Below, one piece after another: positions 1-8,395 of a stretch of 55,102 nucleotides of DNA. Positions within the stretch are counted from its first letter, which is position 1. The number at the start of each line of letters is the position of its first letter. Position numbers and translations under genes: made by a program. A model generated the notes under the pieces. The model was not told the origin of the DNA. It did no database searches and saw nothing but the letters and a program-made list of their open reading frames with translations. Source of the stretch: Alphaproteobacteria bacterium (GTDB taxonomy: Bacteria; Pseudomonadota; Alphaproteobacteria; UBA9219; RFNS01); contig RFNS01000061.1 in NCBI GenBank assembly GCA_009927055.1, positions 1-55,102 on the forward strand, in the 5' to 3' direction.

Positions 1-183
1 CCTAACCATGCTGCGCACCAGCGCGCGCCGCGCCGGCCGCCAGCTGCGCTCTCGGCGCCACTCGATAATACGCGGTAGTAGCACAGCGATCAGCACCACA
101 TCCAACACGAAGATCGCCAGTCCCGCTACGACGTTCACGCGAAACTCGTCGGAAGAGATCATGCCCAGGATACTCTGACCCAT
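1..183 (-). CDS. Partial membrane protein, runs off the left edge (probably host flank)
   Basis: Not in ORF track. ATG at 183 preceded by GGAGG; reads MGQSILGMISSDEFRVNVVAGLAIFVLDVVLIAVLLPRIIEWRRERSWRPARRALVRSMVR with one hydrophobic segment followed by basic residues; open to position 1. Confidence 0.6.
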   Translation of the reverse strand, partial: MGQSILGMISSDEFRVNVVAGLAIFVLDVVLIAVLLPRIIEWRRERSWRPARRALVRSMVR

Positions 184-198
184 CCGCGCGGCCTCCAC

Positions 199-864
199 TC
201 ATAACATTCCAATGGTGCTGATCGTACCACCTTCAAGGCTCGGCGTCGCCCCGCTGCCGCGGGGCCGGGCTCTACTCGCGCGAGTACTGAGCGCGCTCAC
301 GGAGCCCCGCGAGAAAAGAACGCGGGTCTTGCCTGCATCCTTCAACCCCTCAATATCGCGTCTGGCGGTCTTGATCGCCACGCAAAAATGCCCCGTGATG
401 TCTTCCGCGCAGGCCTTATTTTTACGCTTCAAAAGAATCAAAAACCAGCGTTGACGGTCGTTAAACGATTTTAATGGGACATTTATAGGGACATTTTCAC
501 TGACAGTTTTGTCGGTAAAACCGTCATTTTCTGGCTCCGGCACCGTCGCCAGGGCATGATGAGAAAGCAGCTGAAAAGCGTCCCAAAGATCCTCCCCGCC
601 GATCTGCTGCAGGATGAATTTTAGGATGCTGGGAGATGAGCGCGCGAGCAGCAGTAAATGTCCGGAAGATGGCGCATTTCTAGCCTCGTACCAGTTTTTG
701 ATCGCCCGTAAATTGCTGCTGGTCAGCTGGCCAATCCGCTTGATGGCAGATGCCGTCTCTCCAAAGTCGCGGCGCAATGCTGCGGCCACGATTTTCGCTA
801 GTTCTTCGTCCGAAATTGCCCTTGGTTTGATGGGAAAACTTCGGTCCATTTTTGAATGAGACAT
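199..864 (-). pseudogene. HTH regulator (N-terminal XRE-like, C-terminal winged helix), 3' end apparently truncated at ~330
   Basis: ATG with AAGGAG RBS; RAIKNWYEARNAPSSGHL XRE-like helix; VAIKTARRDIEGLKDAG wHTH motif, then an unrelated Arg/Ser/Gly-rich tail where the DNA becomes GC-richer. Divergent from the recombinase. Confidence 0.55.
248..326. repeat. Cluster of GC-rich palindromes (REP/MITE-like or element end)
   Basis: GCCCCGC/GCGGGGC (248-265); GGGCTC (267-272)...GAGCCC (302-307) enclosing perfect palindromes TACTCGCGCGAGTA (273-286) and TGAGCGCGCTCA (288-299); CCCGCG/CGCGGG (306-326). Confidence 0.55.
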
Positions 865-951
865 TTGTATCGCTCCTTGGTTAGGATTCCAAAGAGCGGT
901 CGTGCGGCTGGCGCGCGGCAGGGTGTTGTCAAAAACGGAAAGAACAAACGG

Positions 952-2517
952 ATGGAAAGGTGGAATAACTCGGCAGGGTCAACGGACGGGCAACAGCGCC
1001 GCCGTGCGGCCATGTATGTGCGTATGTCGACTGACCACCAGAAATATTCGACCGAAAACCAGGCCGACGCGATCCGCGAGTATGCCGCCCATCGCCAGAT
1101 AGACATCGTCAAGACCTACACCGATTCCGGTAAAAGCGGCCTTAAGCTGGATGGACGCGACGCCCTTCAAAATCTGATTGCCGACGTGCAGTCGGGTTCT
1201 AAAGATTATAGCGTCATTCTCGTTCTTGACGTGACCCGCTGGGGACGGTTTCAGGATGCGGATGAAAGTGCCTATTATGAATATCTTTGCCGCCGCGCTG
1301 GCATTGATGTTCAGTATGTCGCCGAGCAGTTCGAGAACGACGGCAGTCCCGTATCCACAATCGTCAAAGGCGTTAAGCGTGCCATGGCAGGTGAATATAG
1401 CCGTGAATTATCCGGCAAGGTGTTCGCAGGACAATGCCGCCTGATCGAGATGGGCTTTCGTCAGGGTGGCCCTGCCGGATACGGATTGCGCCGTGTGCTA
1501 GTGGATGAAAACCGCCAACCCAAAGGTACGCTCAAGCGCGGAGAACATAAATCCTTACAGACCGACCGCGTTGTCCTGGTCGCGGGGCCAGACGCGGAAG
1601 TCGATACGGTACGCTGGATCTACCGCGCTTTCACCGAGGAAGGTTTGCAGGAAACCGAGATCGCCCACGCCCTCAATAACAAAGGCGTTTTGACCGATCT
1701 TGGCCGTGAATGGACGCGCGGTGTCGTTCACGGCATTCTCACCAACGAAAAATATATCGGCAACAACGTCTTTAACCGCCGTTCCTTCAAGCTCAAGAAA
1801 CGCCGTGTCGTCAATTCGCCTGATATGTGGGTGCGCGCGGACGGCGTGTTCGAAGCGATCATTGAGGCGCGATATTTCTATACGGCGCAAGGCATCATCC
1901 GTGAACGCAGCCGCAAGTTCAGCGACGATGAAATGCTCACTAGGCTACGCACACTGCATGAAAAACAAGGCTGGCTGTCCGGCATCCTGATCGATGAAAC
2001 CGATGATATGCCCTCCAGCAGCGCCTATGCCCATCGTTTCGGCGGGCTGACCCAAGCCTATAAACTGATCGGTTATGATCCTGGGCGTGACCAGCGTTAT
2101 ATCGAGGACAATAAATATCTGCGAAAAATGTATCCCGATGTCGTGGAAGGCGTGATCCGCAATATCCAGTCACTGGGCGGAAAAGTTCACCGTGAGGTCG
2201 GCAACGACTTTCTGATTGTCAATAACGAGATCAAGGTTTCGCTTGTTATTTGCCGCTGCGCCCAGACTCCCGCTGGCACCAACCGCTGGAAGATCCAGTT
2301 GGACAGCAGCCTCATGCCGGATATCACCATCGCGGTGCGCATGGAGCCGGATAACCGCCAGATCCTCGATTATTATCTGATCCCTGCGATCGATGTTGAA
2401 AACCCACAGATCCGCCTCGCTGAAAACAACCATCTTTCGCTGGATGCCTATCGCTTTGACGATCTGGAGCCGTTCTTCATGCTGGCCGAGCGTGCCGCCT
2501 TGCCGGAGGCCGCATGA
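952..2517 (+). CDS. Large serine recombinase (resolvase + recombinase domains, atypical C-terminus)
   Basis: YVRMST catalytic Ser, DSGKSG, DVTRWGR, GGPAGYG, ILTNEKYIG. Start moved from 856 to 952 because 856-864 overlaps the divergent gene. Confidence 0.92.
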   Translation: MERWNNSAGSTDGQQRRRAAMYVRMSTDHQKYSTENQADAIREYAAHRQIDIVKTYTDSGKSGLKLDGRDALQNLIADVQSGSKDYSVILVLDVTRWGRFQDADESAYYEYLCRRAGIDVQYVAEQFENDGSPVSTIVKGVKRAMAGEYSRELSGKVFAGQCRLIEMGFRQGGPAGYGLRRVLVDENRQPKGTLKRGEHKSLQTDRVVLVAGPDAEVDTVRWIYRAFTEEGLQETEIAHALNNKGVLTDLGREWTRGVVHGILTNEKYIGNNVFNRRSFKLKKRRVVNSPDMWVRADGVFEAIIEARYFYTAQGIIRERSRKFSDDEMLTRLRTLHEKQGWLSGILIDETDDMPSSSAYAHRFGGLTQAYKLIGYDPGRDQRYIEDNKYLRKMYPDVVEGVIRNIQSLGGKVHREVGNDFLIVNNEIKVSLVICRCAQTPAGTNRWKIQLDSSLMPDITIAVRMEPDNRQILDYYLIPAIDVENPQIRLAENNHLSLDAYRFDDLEPFFMLAERAALPEAA

Positions 2518-3431
2518 CGAAAGGCAAAGGCACCCGCGCTTCCGAGATTAAGATGATCCAGATCGATCGGATCAATATCCTCAATCCCCGTGTACGAAAC
2601 CAGAAGGTGTTTCTGGAGATCGCCACCAATATGACCCAGGTCGGTATGAAACGTCCGATCACCGTGACGCCAAGCCGCTCCAAGGTTGACGGCAAGGATT
2701 ACGACCTGATCTGCGGCCAGGGCCGGATCGAAGCCTTCACAGCCTGCGGGCAAACCGAGATTCCCGCCATCGTGATTGATGCCAGCGAGGAACAGGCATT
2801 GATCATGAGTTTGGTCGAAAACCTTGCCCGCCGTCAGCATCGCGCCACCGACCTTCTGCAAGGTATCGAAATCCTACAAGAGCAAGGCTATGACGCGCCC
2901 ACCATTGCTGCCAAGACAGGATTGTCGCTCGACTACGTTAACGGCGTTCTGAATTTGATGGAGCGTGGCGAAGAACGGCTGCTCTCTGCTGTTGAAGCCG
3001 GACACATGCCGATCTCACTGGCGATCCGCGTTGCAGAAAACCCAGAAGACGAACAACGCGCCTTGCATGAGGCGTATGAATCCAAGCAACTGCGCGGCAA
3101 TCGTCTGTTGCTGGCCAAACGCCTGATCGATACCAGAAAGCGGCGCGGTAAAGCCTTCGCCGATGAGCGCAAGCGTGGCAAACGCGATAAGGGTGATAAA
3201 GCACTTTCCGTACAAGACGTGTTGAAAGTTTACCAGCGGGAGGTTGATCGCAAACGTCTCTTAACCCGCAAGGCCGATGCTGTTGCCAACCGCATGTTGT
3301 TCGTCACTGAAGCCTTACGCGAATTATTGCAGGACGAGCATTTCAGCAATCTTCTGCGTGCGGAAGGTTTGACGACGCTGCCGAAGCCTCTTGCCGGATT
3401 GATAACGGAAAAAGGTCACGGTCATGGCTAA
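2514..3431 (+). CDS. ParB/Spo0J-like protein 1
   Basis: GMKRPITV, LICGQGRIEA (GxxRxxA), SLVENLAR, HTH (APTIAAKTGLSLDYV); ATGA overlap with recombinase stop. Confidence 0.88.
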   Translation: MTKGKGTRASEIKMIQIDRINILNPRVRNQKVFLEIATNMTQVGMKRPITVTPSRSKVDGKDYDLICGQGRIEAFTACGQTEIPAIVIDASEEQALIMSLVENLARRQHRATDLLQGIEILQEQGYDAPTIAAKTGLSLDYVNGVLNLMERGEERLLSAVEAGHMPISLAIRVAENPEDEQRALHEAYESKQLRGNRLLLAKRLIDTRKRRGKAFADERKRGKRDKGDKALSVQDVLKVYQREVDRKRLLTRKADAVANRMLFVTEALRELLQDEHFSNLLRAEGLTTLPKPLAGLITEKGHGHG

Positions 3432-4353
3432 AATCCCACCGCAAAAACCCAAACTCCCCAAGGGCGAGATCAAGGCAGGCTTCGATGAGACCACCATTGA
3501 TCTCAAAATCGATCAGATCGTCTCGATCAAGTTGGTCACACCCGCCGCACGCAAAAGCCCAAAATACCACCAGATATTAGCGTCCATCCGTGAGGTCGGC
3601 ATTATCGAGCCGCCCGTGGTCAGCCGCGACCCGCATGCGCGCAGTAAATACATTCTGCTCGATGGCCATATGCGGATCGAGGCACTCAAAGAGCTTGGTG
3701 AAACTGAAGTCACTTGTCTGGTGTCAACGGATGATGAAGCCTTTACCTACAACAAGCATATCAACCGTCTCTCCACCGTGCAGGAACACCGGATGATCCT
3801 GCGGGCGATTGAGCGCGGCGTGCCGGAATCCAAGATCGCTGCTGCCCTTAATATCGACACCCGCAGCATTGCCACCAGGCGTGATCTATTGAACGGCATT
3901 TGTTCGGAAGCGGCTGATCTTTTGAAAGACAAGATGGTACCGATCGCCACGTTCCCGATCTTGAAACGCATGAAATCCTTCCGCCAGATCGAGGCTGCAA
4001 CGCTCATGAATGATGCGGGCGTGTATTCCAAAACCTATGCCCGCGCTTTATTGGCGGCCACTCCGAAGGATCAGTTGACCGATCCCAACAAGCCGAAAAA
4101 GATCAAGGGACTGGATGAAGATCAGATGGCACGCATGGAAAGCGAGATGGAGAGCCTGCAGCGTGAATATCGCCTGATTGAGGAAAATTACGGCAAGGAT
4201 GTTTTGAGCCTGACTTTGACCAAGGGCTATCTCGGATCATTGCTCGGCAATGCCAAAGTGGTGCGTTATCTCGCCCAGAACCATCGGGACATTCTTAATC
4301 AATTCCAGAAAATCGCTGATATGACCTCTCTGGCCAAGGAGAGCGCGGCGTAA
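3424..4353 (+). CDS. ParB-like protein 2 (RepB partition C-terminal type)
   Basis: SIREVGIIEPPVV, LLDGHMRIEA, HTH (PESKIAAALNI); overlaps previous gene by 8 nt. Confidence 0.85.
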   Translation: MAKIPPQKPKLPKGEIKAGFDETTIDLKIDQIVSIKLVTPAARKSPKYHQILASIREVGIIEPPVVSRDPHARSKYILLDGHMRIEALKELGETEVTCLVSTDDEAFTYNKHINRLSTVQEHRMILRAIERGVPESKIAAALNIDTRSIATRRDLLNGICSEAADLLKDKMVPIATFPILKRMKSFRQIEAATLMNDAGVYSKTYARALLAATPKDQLTDPNKPKKIKGLDEDQMARMESEMESLQREYRLIEENYGKDVLSLTLTKGYLGSLLGNAKVVRYLAQNHRDILNQFQKIADMTSLAKESAA

Positions 4354-4632
4354 ACGACTGAAGCGAGCGGCTCGGCCTACTATTGTATGTTATCGGCCTT
4401 CGAGCGCCTGCATAAGGGGACCGAGACCCTTCAAGCGTCGGGACTGCGGGAGAAGCCGTCTGCCCACGGGCAGATATGGAGCAAGCGCAGTGGCAGGGAT
4501 GGCGGCGACCCCGTTCGGAGCCTGCCAGGCTGGCGGTCATAGGCCAGCCGATCGGCTGTTTTTATTGGAAAATTGGTCGAATTGTCGCGCGATCCTCTGA
4601 TTGAGGGCTTCAGATCGGCCAGAGGGTCGCGC
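4354..4632. ncRNA. Putative structured non-coding element downstream of the ParB pair
   Basis: Consecutive stems: 4370-4374/4401-4405, 4443-4448/4486-4491 enclosing 4459-4474, 4491-4497/4521-4527, 4528-4534/4543-4549, palindrome 4545-4558 followed by T5, 13-bp stem 4587-4599/4620-4632. No credible ORF. Confidence 0.45.
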
Positions 4633-4641
4633 TTGGGTGTT

Positions 4642-4669
4642 GAGGGATAGCGACTTTTCTAACGTATTA
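4642..4669 (+). promoter_or_regulatory. ECF (CnrH-like) promoter, copy 1
   Basis: GAGGGAT-N14-CGTATTA upstream of the anti-sigma gene; same motif and spacing at 6054 and 13981. Confidence 0.75.
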
Positions 4670-4697
4670 CTGGTATAGTCGGAAAGAGGTGAACATC

Positions 4698-5042
4698 ATG
4701 TCGAATGATAAACTTGATAAATTAATCAAAGGGTTGGTTGATTCTCAACCCCGCTTTGAGCGGCTGCAGGCGGTAGAAAGCCGCGTCTGGCAAGCCATCA
4801 ACAAACGACGCGCGGATATGCCGCGCAACGTCGTCGAAGGCTGGTTGGCAAGCCTGTTCGTGCCAGAATACCGGATGGCGTCACTGTCTTTTGCCTTGAT
4901 CGTCGGAGTTTTCGCCGCGACCTTAAGCGTTTCAAATCCGCAACCCGCCAATGCGGCGCAGGCGCTGAACCTGCACGTCTTTTCTTCAAATTATGGTATA
5001 ACTTCTACGGTTATTCTTGCCAAGAACGGGGGTAAAACCTGA
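4698..5042 (+). CDS. Membrane anti-sigma factor (CnrY-like position)
   Basis: Small protein with one TM segment (SLSFALIVGVFAATLSV); first gene of the Y-X-H-like triad; GAGG RBS before ATG 4698 (GTG 4689 is an alternative start). Confidence 0.6.
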   Translation: MSNDKLDKLIKGLVDSQPRFERLQAVESRVWQAINKRRADMPRNVVEGWLASLFVPEYRMASLSFALIVGVFAATLSVSNPQPANAAQALNLHVFSSNYGITSTVILAKNGGKT

Positions 5043-5479
5043 TGCGCTCCTATCAAAAGGAAATCCTTTATTTCATCGTCATCGCGCTCGTGGGCTTTGG
5101 CGCTTTTTATGCCTGCGGTAATTTTTTTAAAGCGCCTCATCATGGCTCGGTCGATGCTCACGTCTGGCTACACGAGCAGATCGGCATTACAGCGGAGCAG
5201 GATCAAAAGCTCTCTGAAATCGAAAATAAATTTGCCGACAAGCAACGCGTGTTGCGTGAAAAAATCCATGTCGGCAACCTAGAGCTTGCAGCCGCCATGC
5301 TCGAAGATAAGGCGTTTTCCGAGCGTGTCGCTGCTGCAGTCGAGCGTATTCATCACGCTCAAGGGGAACTGCAAAAGGCGACGATTGAGCATATATTTGA
5401 CATGCAGACCATATTAACGCCGCAGCAAGCGGAAAAGCTCAATAAGTTAGCCGCAGATGCCCTTGTTCAGAACCCATAG
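5042..5479 (+). CDS. Periplasmic heavy-metal sensor (CnrX/NccX-like)
   Basis: N-terminal anchor, HxxxH (AHVWLH), HxxxM (EHIFDM), LTPQQ motif of the CpxP/ZraP/CnrX fold. Confidence 0.82.
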   Translation: MRSYQKEILYFIVIALVGFGAFYACGNFFKAPHHGSVDAHVWLHEQIGITAEQDQKLSEIENKFADKQRVLREKIHVGNLELAAAMLEDKAFSERVAAAVERIHHAQGELQKATIEHIFDMQTILTPQQAEKLNKLAADALVQNP

Positions 5480-6062
5480 AACCCCAAAAGAGAATACCGC
5501 CGATGAGGATTACGCGCTCGTCAAGCGATTGAGTTCTGGTGACGATTTTGCGCTCAACGAGATCATGCAACGCTATAAAGAGCGCGTCTATCGTCTGTCC
5601 TGGCGTTATGTGGGCAACGAAGAAGCGGCGCTCGACGTGACGCAGGAAACTTTCACGAAACTTTACTTTAATATCGAAAAATATGACCCAGCTTACAAAT
5701 TCAGCACCTGGGTCTTTCAGATCGCGGTCAATCTGTGCCGAGACCATCTTCGCAAAAACAAGAACCATGCCCGCAATGTTTCTTATGATGCGTTAAGCGA
5801 AAGCGGCTCCGGCGATTGGCAGCAGAGCGAAGAGAATATCGAGGCCAGCTTTCAATCGAAGCAGCAGCTTGCCCACTTACGGCAAGAGATCGAACGGTTG
5901 CCGGATACCCTTAAAGAAGCCTTTATTTTGTTCGCTCTTGAGGAGCGGACACAAAACGAATGCGCTGAAATCCTTAATGTTTCGGCCAAAACCGTGGAAA
6001 CCCGCGTCTATCGCGCGCGCAAGATTTTATCCGAAAAACTGCACTTTTATTCTGAGGGATAG
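5457..6062 (+). CDS. ECF sigma factor (CnrH/NccH-like)
   Basis: Region 2 (DVTQETF, FSTWVFQIAVNLCRD) and region 4 (ECAEILNVSAKTVETRVYRAR). Confidence 0.92.
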   Translation: MPLFRTHRTPKENTADEDYALVKRLSSGDDFALNEIMQRYKERVYRLSWRYVGNEEAALDVTQETFTKLYFNIEKYDPAYKFSTWVFQIAVNLCRDHLRKNKNHARNVSYDALSESGSGDWQQSEENIEASFQSKQQLAHLRQEIERLPDTLKEAFILFALEERTQNECAEILNVSAKTVETRVYRARKILSEKLHFYSEG

Positions 6063-6081
6063 ACAGATTTAAGCCGTATTA
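6054..6081 (+). promoter_or_regulatory. ECF promoter, copy 2 (ahead of efflux operon)
   Basis: GAGGGAT-N14-CGTATTA overlapping the sigma stop codon. Confidence 0.75.
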
Positions 6082-6113
6082 GCTTCATGAGACCAGAAAA
6101 AGGTGGGACTTTC

Positions 6114-7349
6114 ATGAAGAAATCAATGATATGGCAATTAGCGATTGCGGCGATCCTGTTCGCCTCGCCTGCGTATGCGGACCCCTCCGCTTTAACCCTT
6201 GACCAAGTCATCAAGGAAAGCCTGCAAAAGAACACCAGCCTGTTCCGCGCCCAGCGTGATTACGACGATAAGATGGCCACGGCCACGGAAACTACCTTAT
6301 TGGATAATCCTGAACTTCAGGTCGACGTTGTGCGCGATAAAGGTGAAGGCGGTACGGGGACGGATCTGGAATTTACCCAGCCTTTGAAATTCTCCCAGCT
6401 TTCCGGCGCAAGGGGCGGCTATGCCCAAGCTCTGGCGAACGTGGCCAGCATGGAGCAAAAATACGAAATACTGAAAGTCATCAATGAAACTACGGTGCTT
6501 TACACGCAAGTCTGGCTGCTCTCCGAGCGTAAAAAACTATACGAGAATTATGCCGATGACGCCGATAAAATGAAAAAACTAGTGAAGGAGTCAGCGGGGC
6601 AAGGTCAGACCAGCCCTGCGGCCTCGCATCTCTTTTCATCGGACGCCGCCAAGTTGCGGGCGGATGCGAATGCCGTTGACGCGGAGCTGCGTCAGGTGCG
6701 TACGGAACTCGCGCGATTGACGGGACGCAGCTTCCAACAGGCAAAACTGGAGCGTCCGGCTTTCGTGGTGGTGCCGGAAGATACCGAGCGGCTTTTGGCT
6801 TTCGCGCAGACGCAATCCAATCTTAGAAACGTGATCAAAAATCGTATTCAGGCGGCGGAGCGCCGTTTGAGCGTCGCCCAGCAGGACGCCGCGATGCCAG
6901 AATTCGGGCCGCGCGCATTTTATTCGCGTTCCCCCAACGGCGATGACCAGTCCTACGGCATAGGCGTTGCCTTGCGGATTCCATTGTGGAACCAGAACGA
7001 CGCCGAGCGCAAACGAGCCAATGCGGAACTGCGCCAGGCCAAGTCCGAGGCCGACCTTTATGCGGGATTGCCGCAGCAAGACGTGATCGGGGAATTACAA
7101 CAGAGCGCGTCCGCGCTTCAGTCTCGCGCGGACAGTTATTTTGACAGCATTCTGCCTGGCTACCGCAAATCCTATGAGTTGACGCGCAGCATGTTCCGTC
7201 AGGGGCAAGCAGACGCGCTTGAAGTTTGGCAAGTGCGCGAGAAGCTACTTTCCAGCGAAAATGAAGGGCTTGACGCGCTGGCGCAGGCCGTGAATGCGCG
7301 CGGGGCTTTGGAAGTGGAGCTGGGCGGAAAAATAGAGGAAGTCAGATAA
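6114..7349 (+). CDS. TolC/CzcC-family outer membrane factor
   Basis: Signal peptide, DNPELQ, GVALRIPLWNQN, helical repeats; precedes MFP and RND genes. Confidence 0.88.
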   Translation: MKKSMIWQLAIAAILFASPAYADPSALTLDQVIKESLQKNTSLFRAQRDYDDKMATATETTLLDNPELQVDVVRDKGEGGTGTDLEFTQPLKFSQLSGARGGYAQALANVASMEQKYEILKVINETTVLYTQVWLLSERKKLYENYADDADKMKKLVKESAGQGQTSPAASHLFSSDAAKLRADANAVDAELRQVRTELARLTGRSFQQAKLERPAFVVVPEDTERLLAFAQTQSNLRNVIKNRIQAAERRLSVAQQDAAMPEFGPRAFYSRSPNGDDQSYGIGVALRIPLWNQNDAERKRANAELRQAKSEADLYAGLPQQDVIGELQQSASALQSRADSYFDSILPGYRKSYELTRSMFRQGQADALEVWQVREKLLSSENEGLDALAQAVNARGALEVELGGKIEEVR

Positions 7350-8362
7350 TGAAAAAGTTTTTGATCACATCGGCTCTTGTCGCGGTCCTTGGTTTATCCA
7401 CACCCGCGATTGCCCATGAAGGACATGCCGAAGCGCCAGGCGAAGAAAGTGCGGGTGGCGCGGCTACAGTTTTGACGCTGTCAGATACGGCGATCAATAA
7501 TCTCGGCATCCAGACGGTCAAGGCAACCATCGCACCACGGGCAACAACGGTAGATGTGAACGGGATCGTCGAGTTTCTGCCGGAACGCCAAGCCATCGCC
7601 ACATCGCGCGCGGCGGGCCGCGTCTCTGAAATCCACGTCAAGGTGGGTGAGAAAGTGGCTAAGGGCCAGAGCCTTCTGACCATCCAGCCGATCTTCGTCG
7701 GCAGCTCTCCCGTATCGATCTCGTCGCCGATCGACGGCTATGTCACCAAGCAAAACGTCGTTTTGGGACAATCCGTCACGCCGGAGGCGGGATTGATGGA
7801 AATTGGCGACTCCTCGGAAGTTCTGGTGCGCGGCGTCATGTATGAAACGCCAGACGTTGCCAAAGTTCAAGTCGGCCAAAATGTCAGCGTCAATAGCAGC
7901 CTGATCGGCAATACGCCGCTACAGGGCAAGGTGCAGCGCATGGACGGTGCCTATGATCGCGGCAGCCGCACACTAAACGTCTATGCCCTGGTTGAAAACC
8001 CTGATCGCAAGCTGCTTGCCAATATGCAGGTCGTCCTCTCCGTCGAAGTGAGCGAGCCTGCCGATATTTTGACCGTTCCCGTCAAAGCCATTCTGGGCGA
8101 GAGCGGTGAACAATTCATCTTTGTAAAAAATGGCAATGAGTTTGAGCGCCGGAGCGTCAAACTGGGTGCGAAATTCGGCGCGGAGCGCGAAGTCTTGGAA
8201 GGTGTTTTCCCCGACGAGGAAGTCGTGACGGTCGGAAACTACCAGCTGCAATTCGCTAAGTCAGCTGAACCCAAAAAAGATGCCGCCACGACAAAAGACA
8301 AAAAAGATGTCCCTGCGGTGGAAGGCAAGAAGGAAGACGACGGTCACGGTCATGAGCATTGA
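7349..8362 (+). CDS. RND membrane fusion protein (CzcB-like), His-rich termini
   Basis: GRVSEIHVKVGEKVAKGQ lipoyl motif, SPIDGYV, VPVKAI; AHEGH N-terminus and GHGHEH C-terminus. Confidence 0.9.
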   Translation: MKKFLITSALVAVLGLSTPAIAHEGHAEAPGEESAGGAATVLTLSDTAINNLGIQTVKATIAPRATTVDVNGIVEFLPERQAIATSRAAGRVSEIHVKVGEKVAKGQSLLTIQPIFVGSSPVSISSPIDGYVTKQNVVLGQSVTPEAGLMEIGDSSEVLVRGVMYETPDVAKVQVGQNVSVNSSLIGNTPLQGKVQRMDGAYDRGSRTLNVYALVENPDRKLLANMQVVLSVEVSEPADILTVPVKAILGESGEQFIFVKNGNEFERRSVKLGAKFGAEREVLEGVFPDEEVVTVGNYQLQFAKSAEPKKDAATTKDKKDVPAVEGKKEDDGHGHEH

Positions 8363-8395
8363 TCGCCGCACGACCCGTGAACAGAGGATTATAAA

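Noticed and set aside
2-202. 66-aa ORF in the track
   Set aside because: The frame starting at 183 has an RBS and a protein-like TM sequence; this one does not.
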